Shown here: piece after piece, positions 39,168-54,062 of the stretch
Layout: every line of letters starts with the position of its first letter
Position numbering within the stretch: the first letter of the stretch is position 1
Source of the DNA: Escherichia coli
GTDB taxonomy: Bacteria; Pseudomonadota; Gammaproteobacteria; Enterobacterales; Enterobacteriaceae
Reading direction: 5' to 3' (one strand)
Assembly: GCF_003334335.1 (NCBI RefSeq)
Contig: NZ_QOWQ01000003.1
Length of the DNA stretch: 64,000 nt
Notes under the pieces: model-generated
Seen by the model: only the letters and a program-made list of their open reading frames with translations
Told to the model about the DNA's origin: nothing
Database searches by the model: none
Position numbers and translations under genes: made by a program

Positions 39168-40340
39168 ATGTTCGATTTTTCAAAGGTCGTGGATCGTCAT
39201 GGCACATGGTGTACACAGTGGGATTATGTCGCTGACCGTTTCGGCACTGCTGACCTGTTACCGTTCACGATTTCAGACATGGATTTTGCCACTGCCCCCT
39301 GCATTATCGAGGCGCTGAATCAGCGCCTGATGCACGGCGTATTTGGCTACAGCCGCTGGAAAAACGATGAGTTTCTCGCGGCTATTGCCCACTGGTTTTC
39401 CACCCAGCATTACACCGCCATCGATTCTCAGACGGTGGTGTATGGCCCTTCTGTCATCTATATGGTTTCAGAACTGATTCGTCAGTGGTCTGAAACAGGT
39501 GAAGGCGTGGTGATCCACACACCCGCCTATGACGCATTTTACAAGGCCATTGAAGGTAACCAGCGCACAGTAATGCCCGTTGCTTTAGAGAAGCAGGCTG
39601 ATGGTTGGTTTTGCGATATGGGCAAGTTGGAAGCCGTGTTGGCGAAACCAGAATGTAAAATTATGCTCCTGTGTAGCCCACAGAATCCTACCGGGAAAGT
39701 GTGGACGTGCGATGAGCTGGAGATCATGGCTGACCTGTGCGAGCGTCATGGTGTGCGGGTTATTTCCGATGAAATCCATATGGATATGGTTTGGGGCGAG
39801 CAGCCGCATATTCCCTGGAGTAATGTGGCTCGCGGAGACTGGGCGTTGCTAACGTCGGGCTCGAAAAGTTTCAATATTCCCGCCCTGACCGGTGCTTACG
39901 GGATTATAGAAAATAGCAGTAGCCGCGATGCCTATTTATCGGCACTGAAAGGCCGTGATGGGCTTTCTTCCCCTTCGGTACTGGCGTTAACTGCCCATAT
40001 CGCCGCCTATCAGCAAGGCGCGCCGTGGCTGGATGCCTTACGCATCTATCTGAAAGATAACCTGACGTATATCGCAGATAAAATGAACGCCGCGTTTCCT
40101 GAACTCAACTGGCAGATCCCACAATCCACTTATCTGGCATGGCTTGATTTACGTCCGTTGAATATTGACGACAACGCGTTGCAAAAAGCACTTATCGAAC
40201 AAGAAAAAGTCGCGATCATGCCGGGGTATACCTACGGTGAAGAAGGTCGTGGTTTTGTCCGTCTCAATGCCGGCTGCCCACGTTCGAAACTGGAAAAAGG
40301 TGTGGCTGGATTAATTAACGCCATCCGCGCTGTTCGTTAA
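39168..40340 (+). CDS. malY: PLP-dependent cystathionine beta-lyase / MalT regulator MalY
   Basis: 390 aa, matches E. coli MalY. Confidence 0.95.
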   Translation: MFDFSKVVDRHGTWCTQWDYVADRFGTADLLPFTISDMDFATAPCIIEALNQRLMHGVFGYSRWKNDEFLAAIAHWFSTQHYTAIDSQTVVYGPSVIYMVSELIRQWSETGEGVVIHTPAYDAFYKAIEGNQRTVMPVALEKQADGWFCDMGKLEAVLAKPECKIMLLCSPQNPTGKVWTCDELEIMADLCERHGVRVISDEIHMDMVWGEQPHIPWSNVARGDWALLTSGSKSFNIPALTGAYGIIENSSSRDAYLSALKGRDGLSSPSVLALTAHIAAYQQGAPWLDALRIYLKDNLTYIADKMNAAFPELNWQIPQSTYLAWLDLRPLNIDDNALQKALIEQEKVAIMPGYTYGEEGRGFVRLNAGCPRSKLEKGVAGLINAIRAVR

Positions 40341-40443
40341 CCCCAATTGCGCAACGTAAAAAATCGTTGCGCAATCGTGGATTTTTACCCTGCTTTGTTT
40401 TTATAATGGTGCGCACTTTTATATCCAGAAAAAGAGTGCGACC

Positions 40444-41445
40444 ATGATTGATACCACCCTGCCATTAACTGATATCCATCGCCACCTTGATGGCAACATT
40501 CGTCCCCAGACCATTCTTGAACTTGGCCGCCAGTATAATATCTCGCTTCCTGCACAATCCCTGGAAACACTGATTCCCCACGTTCAGGTCATTGCCAACG
40601 AACCCGATCTGGTGAGCTTTCTGACCAAACTTGACTGGGGCGTTAAAGTTCTCGCCTCTCTTGATGCCTGTCGCCGCGTGGCATTTGAAAACATTGAAGA
40701 TGCAGCCCGTCACGGCCTGCACTATGTCGAGCTGCGTTTTTCACCAGGCTACATGGCAATGGCACATCAGCTGCCTGTAGCGGGTGTTGTCGAAGCGGTG
40801 ATCGATGGCGTACGTGAAGGTTGCCGCACCTTTGGTGTGCAGGCGAAGCTTATCGGCATTATGAGCCGGACCTTCGGCGAAGCCGCCTGTCAGCAAGAGC
40901 TGGAGGCCTTTTTAGCCCACCGTGACCAGATTACCGCACTTGATTTAGCCGGTGATGAACTTGGTTTCCCGGGAAGTCTGTTCCTTTCTCACTTCAACCG
41001 CGCGCGTGATGCGGGCTGGCATATTACCGTCCATGCAGGCGAAGCTGCCGGGCCGGAAAGCATCTGGCAGGCGATTCGTGAACTGGGTGCGGAGCGTATT
41101 GGACATGGCGTAAAAGCCATTGAAGATCGGGCGCTGATGGATTTTCTCGCCGAGCAACAAATTGGTATTGAATCCTGTCTGACCTCCAATATTCAGACCA
41201 GCACCGTAGCAGAGCTGGCTGCACATCCGCTGAAAACGTTCCTTGAGCATGGCATTCGTGCCAGCATTAACACTGACGATCCCGGCGTACAGGGAGTGGA
41301 TATCATTCACGAATATACCGTTGCCGCGCCAGCTGCTGGGTTATCCCGCGAGCAAATCCGCCAGGCACAGATTAATGGTCTGGAAATGGCTTTCCTCAGC
41401 GCTGAGGAAAAACGCGCACTGCGAGAAAAAGTCGCCGCGAAGTAA
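40444..41445 (+). CDS. add: Adenosine deaminase
   Basis: 333 aa, matches E. coli Add. Confidence 0.95.
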
Positions 41446-41446
41446 C

Positions 41447-41479
41447 AAAATGGATGGTGCAAATGCACCATCCATTTTT
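41447..41479. terminator. Bidirectional terminator between add and ydgJ
   Basis: AAAATGGATGGTGCAaaTGCACCATCCATTTTT. Confidence 0.6.
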
Positions 41480-42519
41480 CATGCAAGGCACAAAGTCGCG
41501 CGATGTTTGGCGGATTCGATGCCCAGCTCAATCAACTCCATTACCTGGATTGCCTGGCTTGCCGGAACCGGATTTTCACCATCGCCATTTAACGCATCAC
41601 GAATAGCCGCATAGTAAGCCGGATAATTCCCAGGCACCGTCAACAGCGTTTCTTCGACACGTTCCTCACCTTCCACGCGGGTAAGTACGCCATCACGCAT
41701 ATCGTAGCCCCAGTCTTCCTGCGGTAGACGCTCGCCATTTTTCAGACGTTCTTCCTGTGGATCGAGGCCATATTTCACATAACTGCCTCGGGATCCATGC
41801 ACGATATACCGTGCTGACTCAGCGGCTGCCAGCATGGTACCGTGTAAAATGACTCGCCGCTGTGGATAGGACAAGATGGCGTGGAAATAATCGGTCGACT
41901 GCGCTCCGGGCCGTAACTGTGCCAAATCTACCGTCATGCTGACCGGTAAACCAAAAAGCGTAATGGCCTGATCAAGAAGATGTGGTGCTAAATCGTACCA
42001 GATACCGCTGCCTGGGCCGCCCTGTTCACGCCAACGATCGCGCACCTGCGGACGGAAGCGGTCAAAATGAGACTCAAAGTAAGCAACTTCACCCAGCACG
42101 CCTTCCGCGAGTAAACCTTTTAGCGTCAAGAAATCGCTATCCCAGCGACGGTTATGGAATACAGACAGCACACGCCCCAGGCTTTTTGCCAGCGCATCCA
42201 GCTCTCGCGCTTGTGACAGTGTCACGGTAAAGGGTTTATCAACGACCACATGTTTACCCGCCTCAAGCGCCGCTTTGGCTAACGGTAAATGGGTATCGTT
42301 GGGTGTAGGAATGACAATCAGGTCTATGTTGGGATCGTTAAACAGATGCTTCGGCTCAGAGACAACCGTAACCGTTGGCCAGTCGGCTTTTACTTTTGTT
42401 TCATCACTGCTGGAGATTACCGCCAGTTCCAGCCCGGGCGTGCCCGCAATCAGGGGCGCATGGAAGGTTTTGCTCGCATAACCATACCCAATCAACCCAA
42501 CACGGATGTTGTCGCTCAT
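41479..42519 (-). CDS. ydgJ: Gfo/Idh/MocA-family oxidoreductase YdgJ
   Basis: 346 aa from MSDNIRVGLIGYG; ORF track extends upstream. Confidence 0.9.
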   Translation of the reverse strand: MSDNIRVGLIGYGYASKTFHAPLIAGTPGLELAVISSSDETKVKADWPTVTVVSEPKHLFNDPNIDLIVIPTPNDTHLPLAKAALEAGKHVVVDKPFTVTLSQARELDALAKSLGRVLSVFHNRRWDSDFLTLKGLLAEGVLGEVAYFESHFDRFRPQVRDRWREQGGPGSGIWYDLAPHLLDQAITLFGLPVSMTVDLAQLRPGAQSTDYFHAILSYPQRRVILHGTMLAAAESARYIVHGSRGSYVKYGLDPQEERLKNGERLPQEDWGYDMRDGVLTRVEGEERVEETLLTVPGNYPAYYAAIRDALNGDGENPVPASQAIQVMELIELGIESAKHRATLCLA

Positions 42520-42761
42520 GTCATTGCCTCTCATTGAAGTATGATGGCTATTTGACACTATCCTTTACCCACGCTCAACAGTTTAATAACCTGCCAGCAA
42601 TAAGGGATGTTGTTTAACTTAAGTCAAAAAAATAGCGAATTTTCCAACGACAAAAGCTAAATATCGCAAAAACCTCAGTAAAAATCTTGCTGGAGCTATT
42701 ATTGCTAAGTAACATTTACCCCCTGAAGTTAATGGATCAATCAAGAGAGATGTGGGCTGTA

Positions 42762-42887
42762 ATGAATCGTCTTATTGAATTAACAGGTTGGATCGTTCTT
42801 GTCGTTTCAGTCATTCTTCTTGGCGTGGCGAGTCACATTGACAACTATCAGCCACCTGAACAGAGTGCTTCGGTACAACACAAGTAA
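42762..42887 (+). CDS. blr: Small membrane protein Blr (41 aa)
   Basis: MNRLIELTGWIVLVVSVILLGVASHIDNYQPPEQSASVQHK embedded in a longer ORF-track ORF. Confidence 0.8.
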   Translation: MNRLIELTGWIVLVVSVILLGVASHIDNYQPPEQSASVQHK

Positions 42888-43159
42888 GCTCTGCACTTGT
42901 GGAGCGACATGCTGCCCGTCCGGGTGCATGTTTTCACTTGTCGGATATTAAACCAGGAATTTATTATCTTGTTCGATGTTGTTGGTGATTGTCAGGGATA
43001 GTAAAGCGCGTTACTCTTTTCAGAGCAGTTTTTCATCCCTGAATATTTGCCATCAGCGCATTCTTATTATTGTAATAACACAAGCGTTCACTTTTGGTGA
43101 AATTTTATCATCACTAATAATACCTACCCCTTTGGTATTAATTATTTTATGGACCTTTT

Positions 43160-43375
43160 ATGACTGTTCAGGACTACTTATTAAAATTTCGCAAAATCAG
43201 TTCACTCGAAAGTCTGGAAAAACTCTACGACCATCTTAATTACACCCTGACGGACGATCAGGAACTGATCAATATGTATCGTGCTGCCGATCACCGTCGC
43301 GCAGAGCTGGTTTCTGGCGGGCGTTTGTTTGACCTCGGCCAGGTACCGAAGTCCGTCTGGCACTATGTCCAATAA
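43160..43375 (+). CDS. cnu: OriC-binding nucleoid-associated protein Cnu (YdgT)
   Basis: 71 aa, Hha-family, matches E. coli Cnu. Confidence 0.95.
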
Positions 43376-43460
43376 AGAAAGTAGCGATCGGTTATAAAAG
43401 CCTTATAATAACGCCCCTAAAATTAGATTTGCCTGTTTGCGTCGCTATTCTGGAGAACCT

Positions 43461-43901
43461 ATGACCACCACAACGCCACAACGTATTGGAGGCTGGTTGC
43501 TTGGCCCGTTGGCCTGGCTTTTAGTCGCTCTGTTGAGTACGACGCTGGCGTTGTTGCTGTATACCGCTGCGTTATCTTCTCCGCAAACATTTCAAACGCT
43601 CGGCGGACAAGCACTGACGACACAAATCTTATGGGGCGTTTCTTTTATTACCGCTATCGCCTTGTGGTATTACACACTGTGGTTGACCATCGCTTTCTTT
43701 AAACGTCGGCGTTGTGTTCCTAAACACTATATTATCTGGCTGCTTATTTCCGTATTGCTGGCAGTAAAAGCATTCGCTTTTTCACCCGTGGAAGATGGCA
43801 TAGCCGTTCGCCAGTTGCTGTTTACTTTGTTGGCAACCGCATTGATCGTCCCCTATTTCAAACGCTCGTCGCGGGTAAAAGCGACGTTTGTGAATCCGTA
43901 A
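43461..43901 (+). CDS. ydgK: Inner membrane protein YdgK
   Basis: 146 aa from MTTTTPQRIGG. Confidence 0.85.
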   Translation: MTTTTPQRIGGWLLGPLAWLLVALLSTTLALLLYTAALSSPQTFQTLGGQALTTQILWGVSFITAIALWYYTLWLTIAFFKRRRCVPKHYIIWLLISVLLAVKAFAFSPVEDGIAVRQLLFTLLATALIVPYFKRSSRVKATFVNP

Positions 43902-43977
43902 TAACCTTACAGTTAACCTGTTGTCGCCTGCTCTGGATTAACGGATAATAGGCGGCTTTTTTATTTCAGGCCGAAAA

Positions 43978-44558
43978 ATGACTGACTACCTGTTACTGTT
44001 TGTCGGAACTGTACTGGTCAATAACTTTGTACTGGTCAAGTTTCTCGGTCTCTGTCCGTTTATGGGGGTTTCCAAAAAACTGGAAACCGCGATGGGCATG
44101 GGGCTGGCAACAACGTTTGTGATGACGCTGGCGTCTATTTGCGCCTGGCTTATCGATACGTGGATTTTGATCCCACTTAATCTGATTTACCTGCGCACCC
44201 TGGCATTTATTCTGGTGATTGCTGTGGTCGTGCAGTTCACCGAGATGGTGGTGCGCAAAACCAGCCCGGTGCTTTACCGTCTGCTGGGGATTTTTTTGCC
44301 GCTTATCACCACCAACTGTGCAGTGCTCGGCGTGGCGTTGCTGAATATCAATCTCGGGCACAATTTCTTGCAGTCGGCGCTGTACGGTTTTTCCGCCGCT
44401 GTCGGTTTCTCGCTGGTGATGGTGCTCTTCGCCGCCATCCGCGAACGCCTTGCTGTGGCTGATGTCCCGGCACCTTTTCGCGGTAATGCCATTGCGTTAA
44501 TTACCGCAGGTCTTATGTCTCTGGCCTTTATGGGCTTTAGTGGTTTGGTGAAGTTGTA

Positions 44559-44559
<1 letters not shown>
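43978..44559 (+). CDS. rsxA: Rsx/Rnf electron transport complex subunit A
   Basis: 193 aa, matches E. coli RsxA. Confidence 0.95.
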
Positions 44560-47256
<2,697 letters not shown>

Positions 47257-48315
47257 ATGGTATTCAGAATAGCTAGCTCCCCTTATACCCATAACCAGCG
47301 CCAGACATCGCGCATTATGCTGTTGGTGTTGCTCGCAGCCGTGCCAGGAATCGCAGCGCAACTGTGGTTTTTTGGTTGGGGTACTCTCGTTCAGATCCTG
47401 TTGGCATCGGTTAGTGCTCTGTTAGCCGAAGCTCTCGTACTCAAACTACGCAAGCAGTCGGTAGCCGCAACGTTGAAAGATAACTCAGCATTGCTGACAG
47501 GCTTATTGCTGGCGGTAAGTATTCCCCCCCTCGCGCCATGGTGGATGGTCGTGCTGGGTACGGTGTTTGCGGTGATCATCGCTAAACAGTTGTATGGCGG
47601 TCTGGGACAAAACCCGTTTAATCCGGCAATGATTGGTTATGTGGTCTTACTGATCTCCTTCCCCGTGCAGATGACCAGCTGGTTACCGCCACATGAAATT
47701 GCGGTCAACATCCCTGGTTTTATCGACGCCATCCAGGTTATTTTTAGCGGTCATACCGCCAGTGGTGGTGATATGAACACACTACGCTTAGGTATTGATG
47801 GCATTAGTCAGGCGACACCGCTGGATACATTTAAAACCTCTGTCCGTGCCGGTCATTCGGTTGAACAGATTATGCAATATCCGATCTACAGCGGTATTCT
47901 GGCGGGCGCTGGTTGGCAATGGGTAAATCTCGCCTGGCTGGCTGGCGGCGTATGGTTGCTATGGCAGAAAGCGATTCGCTGGCATATTCCCCTCAGCTTC
48001 TTAGTAACGCTGGCGTTATGCGCAATGTTGGGCTGGTTGTTCTCACCAGAAACACTGGCAGCACCGCAAATTCATCTGCTGTCTGGAGCGACCATGCTCG
48101 GCGCATTCTTTATTTTGACTGACCCGGTTACCGCTTCTACGACCAATCGTGGTCGTCTTATTTTCGGCGCGCTTGCGGGCTTATTAGTCTGGTTGATCCG
48201 CAGTTTCGGCGGCTATCCTGACGGCGTGGCTTTTGCCGTCCTGCTGGCGAACATCACGGTTCCTCTGATCGATTACTACACGCGTCCGCGCGTCTACGGC
48301 CATCGCAAAGGGTAA
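47257..48315 (+). CDS. rsxD: Rsx complex subunit D
   Basis: 352 aa, matches E. coli RsxD. Confidence 0.95.
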   Translation: MVFRIASSPYTHNQRQTSRIMLLVLLAAVPGIAAQLWFFGWGTLVQILLASVSALLAEALVLKLRKQSVAATLKDNSALLTGLLLAVSIPPLAPWWMVVLGTVFAVIIAKQLYGGLGQNPFNPAMIGYVVLLISFPVQMTSWLPPHEIAVNIPGFIDAIQVIFSGHTASGGDMNTLRLGIDGISQATPLDTFKTSVRAGHSVEQIMQYPIYSGILAGAGWQWVNLAWLAGGVWLLWQKAIRWHIPLSFLVTLALCAMLGWLFSPETLAAPQIHLLSGATMLGAFFILTDPVTASTTNRGRLIFGALAGLLVWLIRSFGGYPDGVAFAVLLANITVPLIDYYTRPRVYGHRKG

Positions 48316-48318
48316 ACC

Positions 48319-48939
48319 ATGCTGAAAACTATCCGAAAACACGGCATTACGTTGGCGCTATTTGCAGCGGGTTCAACAGGGTTAACTGCGGCCATCAACC
48401 AGATGACCAAAACGACGATTGCTGAACAGGCCAGTCTGCAACAAAAGGCGTTATTTGATCAGGTGCTGCCAGCCGAACGCTATAACAATGCGCTGGCACA
48501 GAGTTGCTATCTGGTAACTGCGCCAGAGTTAGGTAAAGGTGAGCATCGGGTTTACATCGCCAAACAGGATGACAAACCGGTAGCCGCCGTTCTGGAAGCA
48601 ACCGCGCCAGATGGCTATTCCGGTGCGATTCAGCTGCTGGTGGGAGCCGATTTTAACGGCACGGTACTTGGCACGCGCGTGACAGAGCACCACGAAACGC
48701 CAGGGCTTGGCGATAAAATCGAACTGCGCCTTTCTGACTGGATCACCCATTTTGCGGGTAAAAAAATCAGTGGTGCAGATGATGCGCACTGGGCGGTGAA
48801 GAAAGATGGTGGTGATTTCGACCAGTTCACCGGCGCGACGATTACTCCCCGCGCGGTGGTTAATGCGGTAAAACGCGCCGGATTGTACGCTCAGACGTTA
48901 CCGGCACAACTTTCTCAACTTCCTGCCTGTGGAGAATAA
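48319..48939 (+). CDS. rsxG: Rsx complex subunit G
   Basis: 206 aa, matches E. coli RsxG. Confidence 0.95.
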   Translation: MLKTIRKHGITLALFAAGSTGLTAAINQMTKTTIAEQASLQQKALFDQVLPAERYNNALAQSCYLVTAPELGKGEHRVYIAKQDDKPVAAVLEATAPDGYSGAIQLLVGADFNGTVLGTRVTEHHETPGLGDKIELRLSDWITHFAGKKISGADDAHWAVKKDGGDFDQFTGATITPRAVVNAVKRAGLYAQTLPAQLSQLPACGE

Positions 48940-48942
48940 AGC

Positions 48943-49638
48943 GTGAGCGAAATTAAAGACGTTATTGTTCAGGGGTTGTGGAAAAACAACTCTGCGCTGG
49001 TCCAGTTGCTCGGCCTTTGTCCTCTGTTGGCGGTCACGTCCACTGCCACTAACGCTCTGGGTTTAGGACTTGCGACTACGCTGGTACTGACGCTGACCAA
49101 CCTGACCATTTCGACGCTGCGTCACTGGACGCCAGCCGAGATCCGCATTCCCATTTACGTGATGATCATCGCCTCGGTGGTCAGCGCTGTACAGATGCTG
49201 ATCAACGCCTACGCCTTTGGCCTGTATCAATCATTAGGGATTTTTATTCCGCTGATTGTCACTAACTGTATCGTTGTGGGCCGCGCTGAAGCCTTCGCCG
49301 CCAAAAAAGGTCCGGCGCTTTCGGCACTGGACGGCTTTTCAATTGGTATGGGCGCAACCTGCGCCATGTTCGTGCTGGGTTCACTACGCGAAATTATCGG
49401 CAATGGCACATTGTTTGACGGTGCAGATGCGCTGTTAGGTAGCTGGGCAAAAGTATTACGCGTGGAGATTTTCCACACCGACTCCCCTTTCCTGCTGGCG
49501 ATGCTGCCACCAGGTGCATTTATTGGCCTGGGACTGATGCTGGCAGGAAAATACCTGATTGATGAAAGAATGAAAAAGCGCCGTGCTGAAGCAGCTGCAG
49601 AACGTGCATTGCCAAACGGTGAAACAGGGAATGTCTGA
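48943..49638 (+). CDS. rsxE: Rsx complex subunit E
   Basis: 231 aa, matches E. coli RsxE. Confidence 0.95.
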   Translation: MSEIKDVIVQGLWKNNSALVQLLGLCPLLAVTSTATNALGLGLATTLVLTLTNLTISTLRHWTPAEIRIPIYVMIIASVVSAVQMLINAYAFGLYQSLGIFIPLIVTNCIVVGRAEAFAAKKGPALSALDGFSIGMGATCAMFVLGSLREIIGNGTLFDGADALLGSWAKVLRVEIFHTDSPFLLAMLPPGAFIGLGLMLAGKYLIDERMKKRRAEAAAERALPNGETGNV

Positions 49639-50273
49639 TGAATAAAGCAAAACGCCTGGAGATCCTCACTCGCCTGCGTGAGAACAATCCTCATCCCACC
49701 ACCGAGCTTAATTTCAGTTCGCCTTTTGAATTGCTGATTGCCGTACTGCTTTCCGCTCAGGCGACCGATGTCAGTGTTAATAAGGCGACGGCGAAACTCT
49801 ACCCGGTGGCGAATACGCCTGCAGCGATGCTTGAACTGGGCGTTGAAGGGGTGAAAACCTATATCAAAACGATTGGGCTTTATAACAGCAAAGCAGAAAA
49901 TATCATCAAAACCTGCCGTATCTTGCTGGAGCAGCATAATGGCGAGGTTCCGGAAGATCGTGCTGCGCTTGAAGCCCTGCCCGGCGTAGGTCGTAAAACA
50001 GCCAACGTCGTATTAAACACTGCATTCGGCTGGCCGACTATTGCTGTCGACACGCACATTTTCCGCGTTTGTAATCGTACTCAATTTGCGCCGGGGAAAA
50101 ACGTCGAACAGGTAGAAGAAAAGCTACTGAAAGTGGTTCCAGCAGAGTTTAAAGTCGACTGCCACCATTGGTTGATCCTGCACGGGCGTTATACCTGCAT
50201 TGCCCGCAAGCCCCGCTGTGGCTCTTGTATTATTGAAGATCTTTGTGAATACAAAGAGAAAGTTGACATCTGA
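49638..50273 (+). CDS. nth: Endonuclease III
   Basis: 211 aa with C-terminal 4Fe-4S Cys cluster. Confidence 0.95.
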   Translation: MNKAKRLEILTRLRENNPHPTTELNFSSPFELLIAVLLSAQATDVSVNKATAKLYPVANTPAAMLELGVEGVKTYIKTIGLYNSKAENIIKTCRILLEQHNGEVPEDRAALEALPGVGRKTANVVLNTAFGWPTIAVDTHIFRVCNRTQFAPGKNVEQVEEKLLKVVPAEFKVDCHHWLILHGRYTCIARKPRCGSCIIEDLCEYKEKVDI

Positions 50274-50883
50274 AGAAAAGGGGTAACACCGATTACCCCA
50301 TTGATAACCTTTCTTTATCCTCTTTTAAAACATCTTTTTAACGTCAATGATGCCATTGCTTAGCGTTATCATCAGGTAATCCGTTTGCGGATAACCAAAA
50401 ATGCAGGTTAATTGTTTTTTTAATAGCGAAATTTTCTATTCATTCGTGATCAAGATCACGATGCTGTCGCAATGTAAAAACATTGCAAGAATCAGGTTAA
50501 AATCATTTAAATTTACACACGCAACAAATATTGACCTACAAAACATTACACTGGCTATTTTTCAGAAACTGGACTATCTCACTAGTAAAAACGCTAAATA
50601 GCAGAACATATCGCCGTTAAGCCATCACCCCCCTCTCAGTGCAGTGAAAAAATCTGCCGTTACGTTTTTTGAAAAATTTAACGCTGGATAACATTTCCCG
50701 GAATGGTTGAATTCCCCGCCTCAGTTATATGTAACAGATTATTACAAAGGACTTGTCTGAAAGTGCAAGATAGTGAACATTACCTGCCGTTTCCCCTCCC
50801 ACTATATCAATTGCGCGTATGTTTTTTATACATAACGCGAGAAAGCACCCCCGTTAATATGGGATGTAAAAAAAGAGGTAAAA

Positions 50884-52386
50884 GTGTCCACTGCAAACCA
50901 AAAACCAACTGAAAGCGTCAGTTTGAACGCTTTCAAACAACCGAAGGCGTTCTATCTCATCTTCTCGATTGAGTTATGGGAACGTTTTGGTTATTACGGC
51001 CTACAAGGAATTATGGCTGTTTACCTGGTTAAACAACTGGGTATGTCTGAAGCGGATTCAATCACCCTTTTCTCTTCCTTTAGTGCCCTGGTTTATGGTC
51101 TGGTCGCTATCGGCGGCTGGTTAGGTGACAAGGTACTGGGTACTAAACGCGTAATTATGCTCGGCGCTATTGTGCTGGCGATTGGTTATGCTCTGGTTGC
51201 CTGGTCTGGTCACGACGCCGGTATCGTTTATATGGGTATGGCGGCTATTGCGGTCGGTAACGGCCTGTTTAAAGCTAACCCGTCTTCTCTGCTTTCTACA
51301 TGCTATGAGAAAAACGACCCGCGTCTGGACGGTGCATTCACCATGTACTACATGTCCGTCAACATCGGCTCTTTCTTCTCTATGATTGCTACGCCGTGGC
51401 TGGCCGCGAAATACGGCTGGAGTGTTGCGTTTGCGTTGAGCGTTGTAGGCCTGCTGATCACTATCGTTAACTTCGCCTTCTGCCAACGCTGGGTTAAACA
51501 GTACGGTTCAAAACCAGACTTCGAGCCTATCAACTACCGTAACCTGCTGCTGACCATTATTGGTGTTGTGGCACTGATCGCTATCGCCACCTGGCTGCTG
51601 CACAATCAGGAAGTTGCGCGTATGGCGCTGGGCGTTGTTGCCTTCGGTATCGTGGTTATCTTCGGTAAAGAAGCCTTCGCGATGAAAGGTGCTGCGCGTC
51701 GTAAAATGATCGTTGCCTTCATCCTGATGCTCGAAGCCATTATCTTCTTCGTGCTGTACAGCCAGATGCCAACGTCACTGAACTTCTTTGCGATTCGTAA
51801 CGTTGAGCACTCCATTCTGGGTCTGGCCGTAGAACCTGAGCAGTATCAGGCACTGAACCCGTTCTGGATCATCATCGGTAGTCCGATTCTGGCCGCTATC
51901 TATAACAAGATGGGCGATACCCTGCCGATGCCAACCAAGTTTGCAATCGGCATGGTGATGTGTTCTGGTGCGTTCCTGATTCTGCCGCTGGGTGCAAAAT
52001 TCGCGTCTGACGCTGGTATCGTGTCTGTAAGCTGGCTGGTCGCAAGCTATGGCCTGCAGAGCATCGGGGAACTGATGATCTCTGGTCTGGGTCTGGCAAT
52101 GGTTGCTCAACTCGTTCCGCAGCGTCTGATGGGCTTCATTATGGGTAGCTGGTTCCTGACCACTGCCGGTGCAAACCTGATTGGTGGTTATGTTGCGGGT
52201 ATGATGGCTGTGCCGGATAACGTTACCGATCCGCTGATGTCACTGGAAGTCTATGGTCGCGTATTCTTGCAGATTGGTGTCGCTACTGCCGTTATTGCAG
52301 TACTGATGCTGCTGACCGCGCCGAAACTGCACCGCATGACGCAGGATGACGCTGCAGACAAAGCGGCGAAAGCAGCCGTAGCGTAA
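50884..52386 (+). CDS. dtpA: Proton-dependent di/tripeptide permease DtpA (TppB)
   Basis: 500 aa POT-family transporter. Confidence 0.95.
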   Translation: MSTANQKPTESVSLNAFKQPKAFYLIFSIELWERFGYYGLQGIMAVYLVKQLGMSEADSITLFSSFSALVYGLVAIGGWLGDKVLGTKRVIMLGAIVLAIGYALVAWSGHDAGIVYMGMAAIAVGNGLFKANPSSLLSTCYEKNDPRLDGAFTMYYMSVNIGSFFSMIATPWLAAKYGWSVAFALSVVGLLITIVNFAFCQRWVKQYGSKPDFEPINYRNLLLTIIGVVALIAIATWLLHNQEVARMALGVVAFGIVVIFGKEAFAMKGAARRKMIVAFILMLEAIIFFVLYSQMPTSLNFFAIRNVEHSILGLAVEPEQYQALNPFWIIIGSPILAAIYNKMGDTLPMPTKFAIGMVMCSGAFLILPLGAKFASDAGIVSVSWLVASYGLQSIGELMISGLGLAMVAQLVPQRLMGFIMGSWFLTTAGANLIGGYVAGMMAVPDNVTDPLMSLEVYGRVFLQIGVATAVIAVLMLLTAPKLHRMTQDDAADKAAKAAVA

Positions 52387-52408
52387 AATTCAGGGAAACT
52401 CTTTTACA

Positions 52409-52442
52409 AGCCGCTAACTTTTCGTTAGCGGCTTTTTTTTTG
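52409..52442 (+). terminator. Rho-independent terminator after dtpA
   Basis: AGCCGCTAACttttcGTTAGCGGCT followed by T9. Confidence 0.7.
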
Positions 52443-52491
52443 TTCAGCAACGCACTACCATACTTTAAACCACAGACAAAAGGAGTTACCG

Positions 52492-53097
52492 ATGAAATTG
52501 TTCTACAAACCGGGTGCCTGCTCTCTCGCTTCCCATATCACCCTGCGTGAGAGCGGAAAGGATTTTACCCTCGTCAGTGTGGATTTAATGAAAAAACGTC
52601 TCGAAAACGGTGACGATTACTTTGCCGTTAACCCTAAGGGGCAGGTGCCTGCATTGCTGCTGGATGACGGTACTTTGCTGACGGAAGGCGTAGCGATTAT
52701 GCAGTATCTTGCCGACAGCGTCCCCGACCGCCAGTTGCTGGCACCGGTAAACAGTATTTCCCGCTATAAAACCATCGAATGGCTGAATTACATCGCCACC
52801 GAGCTGCATAAAGGTTTCACACCTCTGTTTCGCCCTGATACACCGGAAGAGTACAAACCGACAGTTCGCGCGCAGCTGGAGAAGAAGCTGCAATATGTGA
52901 ACGAGGCACTGAAGGATGAGCACTGGATCTGCGGGCAAAGATTTACAATTGCTGATGCCTATCTGTTTACGGTTCTGCGCTGGGCATACGCGGTGAAACT
53001 GAATCTGGAAGGGTTAGAGCACATTGCAGCATTTATGCAACGTATGGCTGAACGTCCGGAAGTACAAGACGCGCTGTCAGCGGAAGGCTTAAAGTAA
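52492..53097 (+). CDS. gstA: Glutathione S-transferase
   Basis: 201 aa, matches E. coli GstA. Confidence 0.95.
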
Positions 53098-53104
53098 TAG
53101 CCAT

Positions 53105-53128
53105 CGGCCCACAGGTCGTTGTGGGCCG
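53105..53128. terminator. Bidirectional hairpin between gstA and pdxY
   Basis: CGGCCCACAGGTCGTTGTGGGCCG. Confidence 0.55.
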
Positions 53129-53140
53129 AAATGAGATATT

Positions 53141-54004
53141 TCAGAGCTTTGTTGCGCTGAAGTAATGTTCTGGTTTGGCAATACGATCCTGAGCAGCCAC
53201 CACTTGCAGCTCATATTCCTGCATTGCTTTGGTGGTCACCATGATTTCGTAGACTGCAGCGGTCACATGTTCCAGCGCCTCCTGCAGCGTTGCCCCCTGA
53301 AGCAGTTTCACCAGCAGTAAACCGCTCGTCACATCACCAACACCTACCGGCTGGCGCATACCAAAATCCACCAGCGGACGGCTGATATGCCAGGCTTCAT
53401 CGGCGGTGACCAGCAGCATTTCAAAACGGTCACGGCTGTAGCCAGCTCGCGCCAGGTGTTTAACCAACACAATTTGTGGCCCTTGCGCAATGAGTTCGCG
53501 CGCTGCCAGAACCGCTTCTTCGACGTTATTTACCGCATGCTCACAGAGTATTTCCAGCTCAACCAGATTTGGCGCAATGATATCGCTGGCAGGCAAACCG
53601 TGCCGCACATGAAACTCTGCGACACCCGGTGCAACGATACAGCCTTTTTCCGGATGACCCATTACCGGATCGCAAAAATATTTCGCCTGCGGATTCGCGG
53701 CTTTCACCTGACGGACGATACCGAGGATATGTTCACCCTGCTCCGCCGATCCCAGATAGCCACTTAATACGGCATCACAGGTGTGTAATTTATCAATGGC
53801 GGCAATGCCTTGCACAATTTCGGTTAAATGGCTGGGCGGCATCACGCAGCCAGTCCATTTGCCGTATTGGGTGTGATTAGAAAATTGAACGGTGTTCAGC
53901 GGCCAGACGTTCGCGCCCAGGCGGCGCATCGGAAACTCTGCCGCACTGTTACCCGCATGACCATAAACAACGTGAGACTGGATAGCGAGAATATTTTTCA
54001 TCAT
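53141..54004 (-). CDS. pdxY: Pyridoxal kinase 2
   Basis: 287 aa, matches E. coli PdxY. Confidence 0.95.
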   Translation of the reverse strand: MMKNILAIQSHVVYGHAGNSAAEFPMRRLGANVWPLNTVQFSNHTQYGKWTGCVMPPSHLTEIVQGIAAIDKLHTCDAVLSGYLGSAEQGEHILGIVRQVKAANPQAKYFCDPVMGHPEKGCIVAPGVAEFHVRHGLPASDIIAPNLVELEILCEHAVNNVEEAVLAARELIAQGPQIVLVKHLARAGYSRDRFEMLLVTADEAWHISRPLVDFGMRQPVGVGDVTSGLLLVKLLQGATLQEALEHVTAAVYEIMVTTKAMQEYELQVVAAQDRIAKPEHYFSATKL

Positions 54005-54062
54005 GTTCCCTGTATAAAAACCAGGGGGAGTGATTTCTCACTCCCCCTTTCCACTTAATGCA

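Noticed and set aside
50274-50883. Long AT-rich intergenic region upstream of dtpA as a possible insertion or sRNA locus
   Set aside because: Consistent with the known long regulatory region of dtpA; no ORF, repeat or hairpin pattern beyond ordinary promoter DNA.
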